Positions 30,047 to 40,119 are shown, numbered from the stretch's first letter. The stretch: DNA of 64,000 nt from Candidatus Parcubacteria bacterium (GCA_963718875.1 OY970378.1:541373-605372), one strand, 5' to 3'. The notes: generated by a model not told the origin, from the sequence alone. A program made the numbers and translations.

Positions 30047-30643
30047 TCAAGATTTTAGGCTTTGGGTAATCAGCTTTGTAAGTTCAACCTCGGATACTTC
30101 AGTCATTGAAAGGTTTACGCGTTGGTTCCATTCTGTCCAAAAGGCTTCGTTGGATTGCTCGAGGGGGCTTGGAAGATCTAGCTCTTTACGGATTACATTT
30201 AAGTTGACGCTAGGGGTTTTTGCTTCCAACTCATAGTGAAAAACAGTTTCTTTGCCAGTTTGTTTCCCCAGCTTAAGCTCAAAATCGTTGGTTTGAAATA
30301 TATAGTTTTGATACTGGATAATGTTTGTTTGTCGATGCTCTGGTGGTAGTTGGTTGATAAGGCATTGATATAGACGGAGAAGTTCGCTTAAGGATAAAGA
30401 CCTTAAAGGAACGCAAATTTCAGAACGACTAGCCGCTTCCCACCTCCCAACCTTTTGAACTAGTTCGGCTTGGCCATCTGTAATTCTGATCCGTGTGTCC
30501 ATGTCGTGCCGCTTAAAATTATCGGCTTGGAGAGAAAGTCGTTTCTGGATAATTGGACGACCGTACCTTTGTTCAAAAACCTTTAGCTTAGTTTGAAAAT
30601 TGAGCTGATCAAGCTCGCCCCAAATTTCGGTTTCTTCAGTCAT
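30047..30643 (-). CDS. Hypothetical protein (possible CYTH-like fold)
   Basis: 198 aa, no definitive motif. Confidence 0.35.
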   Translation of the reverse strand: MTEETEIWGELDQLNFQTKLKVFEQRYGRPIIQKRLSLQADNFKRHDMDTRIRITDGQAELVQKVGRWEAASRSEICVPLRSLSLSELLRLYQCLINQLPPEHRQTNIIQYQNYIFQTNDFELKLGKQTGKETVFHYELEAKTPSVNLNVIRKELDLPSPLEQSNEAFWTEWNQRVNLSMTEVSEVELTKLITQSLKS

Positions 30644-30650
30644 AGCTTTT

Positions 30651-31442
30651 TTACGATTGCTTGGTTGGTTGTTGTGGTTTAGGTTGACGGCGTGGTCCGC
30701 GGGGTTTTCGGCTTACTGGGGTTTCTCTAGCTGCTGAGGCTGATGTAGCTTGGATAAGGGCATCTTCAATGCTTCGCGTAGAGGTAAGACGACCTCCAGA
30801 TGACGCATGTGGGGCGGCCTGGGTAGGTACAGGTGGGCTAGCCGGAATGGCTGCGCTAGGCGTAAGTGCGGGCGCTGCGACGATGGGGGCTTCGGTAGTT
30901 GATTGAGGCTGAGGAGCTGGGGTGCTGGCAGGGGCTGATACGGGTGTTTTGTGGTTGTTGTAGCGTCGATATTCTAAGTCGCGGCGTAAATTATTAATGA
31001 AAAATACCTTGTCTTTGGCGGCTGATTTGAGCAATGGTGAAAATTGACGTTGGTTAGGAATGAGTACGCCGGTAAGTTTATTTTTATTACTCAGATGGCT
31101 GACTAGGCTAGCAAAGTCACCGTCACCGGTAACTATTAACGCGCCGTCATAGCGCTCGAAATCGATCATGGCCTGTAAAACTAGTTCAGCATCGATGTTG
31201 CCCTTGACTTCCCCTTCACGGTTGACGCTAACGGGTTTAAATACCACAATGTAGCCCGCTTTTTGCAATGAGTTATACATTTCCTGGTGTTCTGGCATGT
31301 ACCCCATAAATAAATATGCTACTTCAACCGAAAAATCGGCTTTTAGATAGGCACGAAATTTAGCCCAGTCCATGTTCCAACCTAGTGTGTGCGTAGCCAT
31401 ATTTAAGTTTTGGCTATCAATGAAAGCGTAATTGTTACTCAT
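30651..31442 (-). CDS. NYN/LabA-like (PIN-like) domain protein with disordered Pro/Ala-rich C-terminus
   Basis: YAFIDSQNL...VTGDGDFASLVSHL pattern typical of the NYN domain. Confidence 0.55.
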   Translation of the reverse strand: MSNNYAFIDSQNLNMATHTLGWNMDWAKFRAYLKADFSVEVAYLFMGYMPEHQEMYNSLQKAGYIVVFKPVSVNREGEVKGNIDAELVLQAMIDFERYDGALIVTGDGDFASLVSHLSNKNKLTGVLIPNQRQFSPLLKSAAKDKVFFINNLRRDLEYRRYNNHKTPVSAPASTPAPQPQSTTEAPIVAAPALTPSAAIPASPPVPTQAAPHASSGGRLTSTRSIEDALIQATSASAARETPVSRKPRGPRRQPKPQQPTKQS

Positions 31443-31633
31443 TATTAATGTCTTTCTCGGGCATTCGCCCGGTGTTTATAAATGTTTTTGACGTCATCCT
31501 GAATAAAAAGGCTTTAGCCGCTTTTATTTTTCAGGACCTTTTAACTATAGGCTCTATTATTATAACGCATCGAAAATACTTCACGAGGAACGACCGCCAG
31601 TATGGTAGTCGTTCCTCGTCCTCTTCGCGACTT

Positions 31634-31951
31634 CTATCCATTGGGCGTGAAGATGTTGACTTCGCTCCCCTCGGTAATAGTGATGACGCCGTCGGCCGAG
31701 ATCGTGACCTTGGGCTCTCGAAACAGGTATGTTCCGCCATCAGTTGCGAGTGACAGCGATCTTGGAAGAGTGTGAGGGACTGTTGCAGTCACCCACTGGT
31801 TGGTTGCCAGATCAGGATGGTCAGCCCAGAACCTGTTGGTGCCGGAGATTGTGAACTGCCTTGATCTGTTGAAGGCGGCACGAATGCTGCCAACATCTTC
31901 CATTGAGACAGGCTGTGTGAAGTCGATTTGAATGACGGTTTTTCCTGCCAT
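31634..31951 (-). CDS. Hypothetical protein in GC-rich foreign segment (105 aa from the ATG with GGGAGG SD)
   Basis: GGGAGG 8 nt upstream of ATG (complement of 31949..31951); local GC ~50-55%; GC-rich hairpin 31583..31615 just downstream. Confidence 0.35.
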   Translation of the reverse strand: MAGKTVIQIDFTQPVSMEDVGSIRAAFNRSRQFTISGTNRFWADHPDLATNQWVTATVPHTLPRSLSLATDGGTYLFREPKVTISADGVITITEGSEVNIFTPNG

Positions 31952-32490
31952 TTCGGGGTCCTCCCGTTCGAGCGGCGTTCGCCGCGGATGGATGTCGGCT
32001 ACCGGTTGCACTGGGTTCGAATGCGGCGACGGTGTTCGCGTCCGAGTCTTGTTACTTCCCGGTAGACCAGGATGGCTCCAGTCGCCTCAATGGCCCAGAC
32101 AATCTGCTTGACTACTTTCAAAACCTTCTTCATGAAGTAACCTCTTTTGATTGGGCACTAGTGGTGCGGGCATTAGATCACTTGGAGTACGAGGATGTCG
32201 TTGAAGTATATCCAACGATCGTCGACCATGATGCGTCGATTGGTTGGTTCATGCTTTTGAATGTAGCCGAGTAGATAGCTGTCTAATCCACGTGCAAGAA
32301 TCTGCACTTGTGAGCTGCAGCTGCTAAGGGAGGTGAATGCTTCTTCCCTGGTCAAAATGCTGCCATTACCGATTAAGGTTTGGATATCCACCTCCTATAG
32401 TTGCCGGATGCGAGGAGCGTCGTTAACCCAATAAGAAACTTGAGCTCACGGATTTCGATACCTTATCATAAAAAAGTGGATAGGTCAAAG

Positions 32491-33470
32491 TGTCGTAATG
32501 GTTCAATAGCTTTGCACCACTAAGCAAGGCAAACTGGAGCCATGGCATATACATCTAATCCCAAGCTTCCTCGCTTGCGCATGCAAGCAGTTCTGTTAGT
32601 CCGGTCTGGTTGGAGCATTCGCAAAGTTGCTCGTCATCTTGCCTACTCCCACTCAACAGTAGTGAGGTGGGTTCAGAAGGCTCCTCAAGATGGGCGGTTG
32701 CCCATACCGACTGAATCATCCCGACCCAAACATCATCCTCGAACCCTGACTCCTAACATCGTTCAAGCCATCATCGATGCCAGACTGGCCCACAATCGCT
32801 GCGCCGAAGTGGTCTACGATGACCTCGTAGACCAAGGGGTCGAAGTCAGCCTCAGTTCGGTCAAACGCACCCTAAAACGCCACGAACTGCTTAAATCCAA
32901 GAGCAAATGGAAACGTTACCGACCGCCGGTACCTCGACCGCTGGCGCTGTACCCAGGAGCCTTAGCCCAGATGGATACGATTCATTTTGTGGACTGGCGG
33001 ACTGGCCAAAGGTTTTACATTTACACCATCATCGACATCTATTCCCGTTGGGCTTACGCTGAAGTGCATGACAAACTTTCTCAGGCCATGAGTCTCAAGG
33101 TGGCCTTAAGAGCTCAAGCCAAGGCTAGCTTCGCCTTCACGATGATGCAAACCGACAACGGCCCAGAATTCCAAAAATACTTTCATGACATGCTTAAGTC
33201 TAGGAATATTGCCTTACGCCACAGCCGGGTGCGCCAATCTAACGACAACGCCCATATTGAACGCTTTAACCGGACGCTTCAGGATGAATGCATAGGTAAA
33301 TACCCAACCAGAGGCCACGTATCCCAAGCCCAATTAAATGCTTATTTGAAGTATTACAATACCGGCCGGAAACACATGGGCATACATCTCAAAATACCGG
33401 CAGAAATGGTGCAAAGGTCTTGAACTCTAAACGAACTACATTGGACATAAACATCTTCATGTGCTATGGT
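32491..33470 (+). mobile_element. IS481-family insertion sequence (bounds approximate, right end uncertain)
   Basis: Left end TGTCGTAATGGTTCAATAGCTTTGC resembles IS481-type terminal repeats; encloses rve/DDE transposase; GC ~55%. Confidence 0.5.
32542..33423 (+). CDS. IS481-family transposase (integrase core/rve domain)
   Basis: N-terminal HTH, DDE residues in DTIHFVDW / MQTDNGPEF / HIERFNRTLQDE; 293 aa. Confidence 0.75.
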   Translation: MAYTSNPKLPRLRMQAVLLVRSGWSIRKVARHLAYSHSTVVRWVQKAPQDGRLPIPTESSRPKHHPRTLTPNIVQAIIDARLAHNRCAEVVYDDLVDQGVEVSLSSVKRTLKRHELLKSKSKWKRYRPPVPRPLALYPGALAQMDTIHFVDWRTGQRFYIYTIIDIYSRWAYAEVHDKLSQAMSLKVALRAQAKASFAFTMMQTDNGPEFQKYFHDMLKSRNIALRHSRVRQSNDNAHIERFNRTLQDECIGKYPTRGHVSQAQLNAYLKYYNTGRKHMGIHLKIPAEMVQRS

Positions 33471-33558
33471 TTGTGCAATTGTTGTAATGGATCCGGATTT
33501 GTTTAGACATATCGCGCTGTTCCATTGGGCAGTTCGATAACTAAATTATAAGGATATC

Positions 33559-34764
33559 ATGCACAAAAATTCATTTCGTACTCCCACGTCAACTCGTGGA
33601 AGCGTTTTTCGTAATTCTCGTTACACTGGCCAATCATCCCGCGGCGGCCATACTAAAACTATCAACCCCGAGCGATTTACTAATGTAGCTCAGGTTTTGG
33701 AAGAAGCTCCGCTATTTGTACCGGTCAACCAATTTAAGGACTTTGCTTTTGACGAGCGTTTAAAGCAAGCCGTTATCAATAAGGGATACATTACCCCTAC
33801 GCCCATCCAAGATGCTTCGATCGAACATGTTTTGGCTGGCAAAGACCTGTTGGGGCTTGCCAACACCGGTACCGGTAAGACGGCCGTTTTTGTACTACCC
33901 ATTATTAATCGGTTGCTCGAGCGAACGGCGCGTTTAGCACTCATAGTTGTGCCTACTCGTGAGCTGGCTGTGCAAATTGACGAAGAGTTTCGTGGTTTTG
34001 CAAGGGGGCTGCAGCTTTACTCCGCTCTGTGTGTTGGTGGAGCCAGTTTGAGTCGTCAAATTGAGCAGTTGTCACGTGGACCGCAGGTTGTTATTGGTAC
34101 GCCAGGCCGCTTAAAAGACCTTATTAATCAAGGTAAGTTACGTTTAGGGCAAACCGATATTTTTGTGCTGGATGAAGCCGACCGCATGGTAGATATGGGC
34201 TTTATCCGTGATATCCGCTTCATTATTGGCGAGCTTCCAGCAAAACGCCAATCATTGTGCCTTTCGGCTACTATTACGCCAGAAGTTCAACAGCTAATTA
34301 CAAATCTGCTGACCGACCCCGTTACAGTATCGGTACGGACGCGTGAAACGGCCAGCCAAATTCAGCAAGACGTTATTACGGCTAACAGTAAAGATCAAAA
34401 AGTGGCAATTCTGAAGGAGCTTTTGGCAAAGCCTGATTTTGATAAAGTGTTGGTATTTGGCGGCACCAAATGGGGGGTGCAACGCCTAGCGGATGACCTC
34501 GTAAAATCTGGGATTACCGCCGAAGCGATACATGGCAATAAAAGCCAGGCTCAACGCCAACGCGCTCTCGAAGCTTTTAAGGCTAACCGGGTTCAGGTGT
34601 TGGTAGCTACGGATGTAGCTGCTCGCGGACTCGATATTCCGGCAGTATCACATGTTATTAATTTTGATGTACCAAATACCTATGAAGATTACGTTCACCG
34701 TATCGGTCGTACCGGTCGAGCTGGCCTTACCGGCAAGGCGTTAACGTTTGTTCCTAGTAGGTAA
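33559..34764 (+). CDS. DEAD-box ATP-dependent RNA helicase with RG-rich N-terminal extension
   Basis: Q-motif, ANTGTGKT (Walker A), DEAD-like VLDEADRM, SAT, HRIGRTGRAG. Confidence 0.85.
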   Translation: MHKNSFRTPTSTRGSVFRNSRYTGQSSRGGHTKTINPERFTNVAQVLEEAPLFVPVNQFKDFAFDERLKQAVINKGYITPTPIQDASIEHVLAGKDLLGLANTGTGKTAVFVLPIINRLLERTARLALIVVPTRELAVQIDEEFRGFARGLQLYSALCVGGASLSRQIEQLSRGPQVVIGTPGRLKDLINQGKLRLGQTDIFVLDEADRMVDMGFIRDIRFIIGELPAKRQSLCLSATITPEVQQLITNLLTDPVTVSVRTRETASQIQQDVITANSKDQKVAILKELLAKPDFDKVLVFGGTKWGVQRLADDLVKSGITAEAIHGNKSQAQRQRALEAFKANRVQVLVATDVAARGLDIPAVSHVINFDVPNTYEDYVHRIGRTGRAGLTGKALTFVPSR

Positions 34765-34804
34765 TAATCTCCTCAACTAGCTAGCCGTCCGCTATACTAG
34801 CTAG

Positions 34805-36547
34805 ATGCAACCGATTCTTAAAATGTTTGGTCTTATACCAGAGCAAAAGCGGGCTTTGGTAGGTCTTTTTGTGCTGAATATCTTTCTGGGGTTGGGGGTT
34901 TTGGCTAACCCATACCTGTTCAAGGCCATTGTAGATTCGCTTAGCGAAGCTGCCAATCTACGCAGCGTGTCGGGGCAAATTATTAGGTTGATTGTCATTT
35001 TAGGAATACTACGGCTTTTGATGGCTGCTGGGAGTTATCTTCAGGAAGCCATTGGAGACATAATGCGGGTTAACGTTCACGTAAGTTTGCGTCGTCGCAT
35101 TTTTAAGCACACGCTGAGCCTCTCGATAGAGTATTACGAAAATCATAGAGCTGGAGATATTGCTCAGCAACTAAGCAAAGGAGTGTATGATTTTGCCGCC
35201 TGGTTGTTTGAATTTACGGAGCACATTACTCTCCAGGTTGTAGCTGTAATCGTGGCGGCCATTGCTATTTTATTTATAAACCCCTTGGCCGGTGCAATTA
35301 CTCTCATAGCCATACCTCTTCATATAGGGATATCATTACGAAAAATCCACCGGGCTAAGCCGATTCGTAGGCAAGGCGCCCAGCTGTTCGAGGCCTCAAT
35401 TGGGCATATGACTGAAACAATCCAAAACATGACTACCGTCCGTACTCTTGGCAGCGAACAAGCCCAATATCAACGCTACTATGATGTTTCAAGTGAACTG
35501 CGTGATACACGCAGGCGACAGTTCCCCATAGAGTGGCGCCACAATGCCGCGAGAGAGCTAGTAGAGGCGCTAGCGACTGTGGCGGCGGTAGGCGTAGTGG
35601 CGATTGGGGCTGCACAAGGACGTTATACCACAGGAGATATTTTGCTGGTCGCTCTGCTAATACAACAGGCTATGAGTAATTTACGCCCAATCGCAAGGTT
35701 TATTGATACTACAGGTGAAGTCTCTACTACTTGCCAACGCATCTTGGATCTCTTAACTGTCAAACCGACAGTTATTGATAAGCCTGATGCTGTTGAGCTG
35801 GGTGAAATAAAGTCGATTGAGTTTGTAGATGTTGATTTTACGTATCCTGGAATAAATCAGCCGGTTTTGACAGGTGTAAGTTTTAAACTTGAACAAGGTC
35901 AAACCATGGCTTTGGTAGGGCCTTCCGGTACGGGCAAGACAACCCTGATTAAGCTCTTGCTGCGTCTTTATGAACCTACAGGCGGGCAGTTATTAATAAA
36001 TGGCCATCCGGTCGAAAACTTCACCGGTGACTCAGTTCGGGCTCATATGGGAGTTGTGATGCAGGATGTGGCGCTGTTTAATGCGACGTTTAAAGAGAAT
36101 TTGTTGCTGGCACGACCAGGTTCAACTCAGTCTGAACTTGAGAAAGCCGTTGGGCTGGCTCATGCTAAAGAATTTGTGGATCGCTTGCCAGAAGGTTACC
36201 AAACTCTGGTTGGTGAGCGTGGTATTCGATTGTCTGGCGGGCAAAAGCAGAGGTTGGCAATTGCCCGTGCCATACTGAAGCGGCCACAGTTGGTAATTTT
36301 AGACGAGGCAACTTCGGCACTTGATTCTGCTAGCGAGCGCGAGGTCCAGAAAGGCCTAAACGAGCTTTTGAAAGGGCGCATGTCGGTAGTGATAGCTCAC
36401 AGGTTGAGCACGATTCGTCATGCCGATAATATCTTGGTGATCGAAAACGGCCGGGTTGAAGAATCGGGTAGTCATGATAAGCTGCTCAGGGCCAATGGGC
36501 TTTATGCTAACTTGTACAGTATGCAGTCGGATCGGTTGTTGAAGTAA
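34805..36547 (+). CDS. ABC transporter, fused permease/ATP-binding (exporter, MsbA-like)
   Basis: 6-TM N-terminal domain; GPSGTGKTT, LSGGQKQRLAIARAIL, ILDEATSALD. Confidence 0.85.
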   Translation: MQPILKMFGLIPEQKRALVGLFVLNIFLGLGVLANPYLFKAIVDSLSEAANLRSVSGQIIRLIVILGILRLLMAAGSYLQEAIGDIMRVNVHVSLRRRIFKHTLSLSIEYYENHRAGDIAQQLSKGVYDFAAWLFEFTEHITLQVVAVIVAAIAILFINPLAGAITLIAIPLHIGISLRKIHRAKPIRRQGAQLFEASIGHMTETIQNMTTVRTLGSEQAQYQRYYDVSSELRDTRRRQFPIEWRHNAARELVEALATVAAVGVVAIGAAQGRYTTGDILLVALLIQQAMSNLRPIARFIDTTGEVSTTCQRILDLLTVKPTVIDKPDAVELGEIKSIEFVDVDFTYPGINQPVLTGVSFKLEQGQTMALVGPSGTGKTTLIKLLLRLYEPTGGQLLINGHPVENFTGDSVRAHMGVVMQDVALFNATFKENLLLARPGSTQSELEKAVGLAHAKEFVDRLPEGYQTLVGERGIRLSGGQKQRLAIARAILKRPQLVILDEATSALDSASEREVQKGLNELLKGRMSVVIAHRLSTIRHADNILVIENGRVEESGSHDKLLRANGLYANLYSMQSDRLLK

Positions 36548-36603
36548 AGTCAATTAACATTGATACTCATATTTCTTTTAATATAAGTATTTGGAATTTT
36601 TGT

Positions 36604-37110
36604 TTGAACCCAACCGCTCCTGCCACAACAAGATGCCCGACAAATGCCGGATTTTTATTTTGCTATACTTACGCTATGTTTAAGAAAGGTTTAGACGAAG
36701 ATAAAGTTAGAAAAATATTCAAGAGGTTAGCGCCTTTAATAGTCGCCGATGTCGCTAAACAAAATTTTAAGCTCGACTATACGATCAGTTCACTCAAAAA
36801 CGTCGATGCTATTCTCCAATCTCTTCATAAAGAGTACGTTGCATTAGGTAATAATGTCTCAGACCAACATCAAGAAAGTTACCAAGGTTATTCCGAAATG
36901 CTTGGCTGTTACATGCTAGCAGTAGTAGACAAAAATAAAGTCCCGGGAAGACTAGCCATTGTTAGTGACGAATACGGTACGGCCTACGGTTTTACTTTTT
37001 CGTCAGGGATGTTTTGCGATTTTATATCTTGGTGTCACAAGGCGATTGTCAATGGCAAAGACGATGCAATCGAACCTAAATTCACATTTTTTTCTCAGGC
37101 TCCAAAATAG
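36604..37110 (+). CDS. Hypothetical protein (probable start at M 36676)
   Basis: ORF only; no motif recognised. Confidence 0.35.
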   Translation: MNPTAPATTRCPTNAGFLFCYTYAMFKKGLDEDKVRKIFKRLAPLIVADVAKQNFKLDYTISSLKNVDAILQSLHKEYVALGNNVSDQHQESYQGYSEMLGCYMLAVVDKNKVPGRLAIVSDEYGTAYGFTFSSGMFCDFISWCHKAIVNGKDDAIEPKFTFFSQAPK

Positions 37111-37479
37111 TTCTAGTTTTTTCAAGAACGCCCTGCAAAACGAGATAAAGTACGTTCAGAAGTTCCATTTCGCTTAGTTATCACTGTAAATTCGGTTATA
37201 GGGCAGGCCGAGATAGCTCGATGATCGACAGACGTCCATGTAAGCACAGTTGCACTCTTTACTGATTCCTCCTAATTGATCAGTAAGGTCTTTGGTTTCG
37301 CTGGCGAATGCATCATGCTTCTCCTCGACTGGCTGATCTATAATTACGTCAGCAGGTGGCTCAAGACCGATCAATGTTCGATAATCGTCCCGAAGCTCCT
37401 AGCAACATTCGTTCATGATATTACATCACCAAAAGTAATAATATATTAGTACTTTTGGTGATGTAATCTTGAGAATGTA

Positions 37480-38358
37480 GGTTCTGTCCACTAAAACGGA
37501 ACAGACATACTTTTAAGTAATATAAATGGGCTACTGAACAACTCTGGGTGGTTCTTTCTAGCCTGGAACTCTCTGAGTAATCCCGGTAAGAACTGATGCA
37601 TGAAGCGGTCGCGGGTACGTCTGGTAAACCGATCCAGGCAGCTCCAGATCCCTTCAATGCGGTTGGTTGGTCCAAAGTGGCCAATGGAATGGTTGCAGAT
37701 CTCCAGACCATAGCCAACTTCCATTAGGCCAAGGTGAGAGGCGTGAGCATCAGCAAAGATCAGGCTACCGAGAGTGGCATACTGATCGAGAAAACCTTCT
37801 ATGCTATCCTGCTCACAATCTAGTATCTCAGCTAGTCTTACGAGGTTGGTTTCCCGGTCCACGATACCCATAACAATGTGTTGGTTACCATATTTCTGCC
37901 GACCTAGATAGCTCTGGTCTATCTCCAGTAGCCCGACTAACTGGCTCTTGTCGACTGGTAGTCTAGATCGCAAGCGTTCTAACCAGCGTTGGATCGTCCA
38001 GTAGGACAGCCCCGTTGAGGTGATAATGTCGCCAGGTGACTGCTTACCGCTCCAGCAAGTCACCAGTTCCAGAATCCTCCTCCAGCCGAGCTTAGACGAC
38101 CCAAAGCCGACTTGTTTCTTTAAGCTCCATTTACGACGACAGGTGCCACACCAAAGATACTGAGTAGTTATGTGGATGTTTGAGTGGGACATCCAAGGGC
38201 AAATAGGGCCCTCGGGATAAAGATGTACTAGCACTTGGTTAAAACATTCTTGGTCTGTTACCGGTAGATCTGCTAATGTGGTCATTGGAACAAGTCTCCT
38301 TTTCTAACTGGTTAGTCCTAGTTAGATTGTAGCTTGTTCCGCTTTAGTGTAATGAACC
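37480..38358 (-). mobile_element. IS1595-family insertion sequence, copy 1 (879 bp), flanked by 8-bp target-site duplication AGAATGTA (37472..37479 / 38359..38366)
   Basis: Imperfect ~27-bp terminal inverted repeats (GGTTCTGTCCACTAAAACGGAACAGAC / complement of GCTTGTTCCGCTTTAGTGTAATGAACC); near-identical to copy at 61958..62836. Confidence 0.75.
37491..38285 (-). CDS. IS1595-family (ISXO2-like) transposase, intact (264 aa)
   Basis: N-terminal zinc ribbon (C..C....C..C: CPW...CGTCRRKW), DDE residues (IVDRETN / IFADAHASH / NRIEGIWSCLDRF). Confidence 0.75.
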   Translation of the reverse strand: MTTLADLPVTDQECFNQVLVHLYPEGPICPWMSHSNIHITTQYLWCGTCRRKWSLKKQVGFGSSKLGWRRILELVTCWSGKQSPGDIITSTGLSYWTIQRWLERLRSRLPVDKSQLVGLLEIDQSYLGRQKYGNQHIVMGIVDRETNLVRLAEILDCEQDSIEGFLDQYATLGSLIFADAHASHLGLMEVGYGLEICNHSIGHFGPTNRIEGIWSCLDRFTRRTRDRFMHQFLPGLLREFQARKNHPELFSSPFILLKSMSVPF

Positions 38359-38517
38359 AGAATGTATTGCCTTGCTTACTTTAGATAAATCATGTATAGC
38401 ACAAAAGAGCCAGAATTAGGCCATCGAAGAGGGATTTGGGTTTATTATTTTATCTTTCTAGATTTACTACCCCCGGACTACGATCCGAGGATAGGAAATG
38501 ACGGATAGGGAATCCAG

Positions 38518-38540
38518 ATCCTCCGGTCAAGCCGGAGGAT
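38518..38540. other. Perfect 9-bp stem hairpin (ATCCTCCGG-tcaag-CCGGAGGAT) between IS copy 1 and the dprA stop; possible bidirectional terminator
   Basis: Seen in sequence; weak flanking T-run on the + strand. Confidence 0.3.
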
Positions 38541-38565
38541 GACAAGATTTTTGTAAGACTTTAGC

Positions 38566-39414
38566 TTACCGGCTTACCCATCGTCCGGCGCCTAGATTGC
38601 GGACTTTTCCGCTTATTTCCATTAGGCTGATAATGTTAGCAAACTCGGCTGCCGTTAGACTGCTTTGTTCAATCAACTCTTGGGTATTGGTTGTTCCGCT
38701 CGTTAAAAGGTTGATAATTTGTTGTTCTTCAGGACCATTAGCCTTAATTGGCCGTTGAGCAATGTTTTTGAGATTAAGCGCTGCAATCACTTCGGCGCTG
38801 CCTGTAACCAAAGTTGCTCCGGCACGAATGTGTTTATGGGGACCTGCACTACTGGAACTAGTAATGTTTCCCGGCACGGCCATAACTTCGCGGTTTTGGG
38901 CCAAGGCAAATTTGACTGCATTGTCGGTACCGCTTTTTGCGGCGGATTCAATGACTATAACTCCAAGGCTAAGCCCGGTAATGATTCGGTTCCGAACAGC
39001 AAAGTTATATTTTTGGGTAATGGTTCCTACTGGATATTCGCTGACAAGTGCGCCACTCTTAGTTTTGATGATTTGGACGGCAATGTTTCTGTTAATATGT
39101 GGGTAAATTTTATTGAGGCCTCCGCCTAACACTGCAATGGTTTTTCCACCAGCGTCAAGTGCCGCCTGGTGGGCAATACCATCTATGCCAATAGCTAACC
39201 CGCTAACAATTGTAATTCCAGCACGGGCTAGCTCACTTGAAAATTGATAAGCCATTTGTTTGCCATAGTCGGTTGGTTTGCGGCTTCCTACTATTGCTAC
39301 GCATGGTCCTTTTGGCAAATCTCCTAATACAAATAGCTCTTTGGGGGGTGCCCCAATATGACGAAGTAGATCTGGATAATTGTTGCTTTCGTAGAAAAGA
39401 CTAGATATTTGCAT
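38566..39414 (-). CDS. dprA: DNA processing protein DprA (Smf)
   Basis: Rossmann-like core GLAIGIDGIAHQAALDAGGKTIAVLGGGL; ATG complement of 39412..39414 preferred over TTG 39429. Confidence 0.8.
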   Translation of the reverse strand: MQISSLFYESNNYPDLLRHIGAPPKELFVLGDLPKGPCVAIVGSRKPTDYGKQMAYQFSSELARAGITIVSGLAIGIDGIAHQAALDAGGKTIAVLGGGLNKIYPHINRNIAVQIIKTKSGALVSEYPVGTITQKYNFAVRNRIITGLSLGVIVIESAAKSGTDNAVKFALAQNREVMAVPGNITSSSSAGPHKHIRAGATLVTGSAEVIAALNLKNIAQRPIKANGPEEQQIINLLTSGTTNTQELIEQSSLTAAEFANIISLMEISGKVRNLGAGRWVSR

Positions 39415-39422
39415 AAAAACTG

Positions 39423-39705
39423 TTGACAAAGCTAATTTTGTGTGTTAACATACTGATCATGTCTTAATTAAGACAGGTTTGGAGATATTTTACAACTGTA
39501 TTTTTTCACAGCACTAACCTGCCTGGCACAGTCTCTTGAAAGCACCCTCCTTCAGGTGTTCTGTTACAGGCGGATTAGTCCCTTTAATCCCCCGTCCATT
39601 CAATAAATGAGGGCGAGGTGAACCGCAATAATAGCGAGGATTAAAGGGCATAATAAAAACCCGAACAATTGGTAACCACCTACCAAAAGCTCGGGTTTTT
39701 ATTTG
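39423..39705 (+). ncRNA. Candidate small RNA / structured leader: sigma-70-like promoter, 16-bp palindrome at the +1 region, ~250-nt structured body, two-level rho-independent terminator
   Basis: TTGACA (39424..39429), 17-18 nt, TGTTAACAT; palindrome TGTCTTAATTAAGACA 39461..39476; long-range complementarity CCCTTTAATCC (39580..39590)/GGATTAAAGGG (39638..39648); terminator AAAAACCCGAAC-aa-TTGGTA-accacc-TACCAA-aa-GCTCGGGTTTTTATTTG 39656..39705. Confidence 0.4.
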
Positions 39706-39828
39706 TTCAAAATGTTCAAACTTTCAAAAGTCTTAGTTATCAGTAGATACTGTGTCATTCTGAACTTGTTTCAGGATCCACAACAGTTGTGCTTGCAGGG
39801 CCATTATATTTAGTTCATTATTCCTTCG

Positions 39829-40119
39829 ATGAAATCGTATTATGTCTATATCCTAACTAATCGCAAAAGAGGAGCGCTTTATATAGGTTCGACTGATAAT
39901 TTAGCAAATCGTTTTTATCAACACAAAAACGGTATAACGGATGGTTTTACCAAAAGATACTACATTGATCAATTGGTATATTTTGAGGAAACAACCGATC
40001 CAGTCTCTGCAGTTACTCGAGAGAGAAATTTAAAGAATTGGCACCGCGACTGGAAAATCAATTTGATTGAGTTGGACAACCCAGACTGGCGCGATTTATC
40101 ACAAAATTGGTCAGAATAA
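39829..40119 (+). CDS. GIY-YIG nuclease superfamily protein (UPF0213-like)
   Basis: YYVYILTNRKRGALYIGSTDNLANRFYQHKNG. Confidence 0.8.
   Translation: MKSYYVYILTNRKRGALYIGSTDNLANRFYQHKNGITDGFTKRYYIDQLVYFEETTDPVSAVTRERNLKNWHRDWKINLIELDNPDWRDLSQNWSE

Noticed and set aside
31448-31753. + ORF of 101 aa at the start of the GC-rich segment
   Set aside because: Low-complexity, Ser/Arg-rich translation and overlaps the better-supported minus-strand gene 31634..31951 and its terminator hairpin.
39495-39625. Possible SRP (4.5S) RNA on the minus strand
   Set aside because: Only partial similarity to the domain IV motif (GAAGGA..GC..CAAG..AGA). I could not build the tetraloop and symmetric loops convincingly, and the better-supported promoter and terminator are on the + strand. 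Kept only as a caveat inside the sRNA finding.
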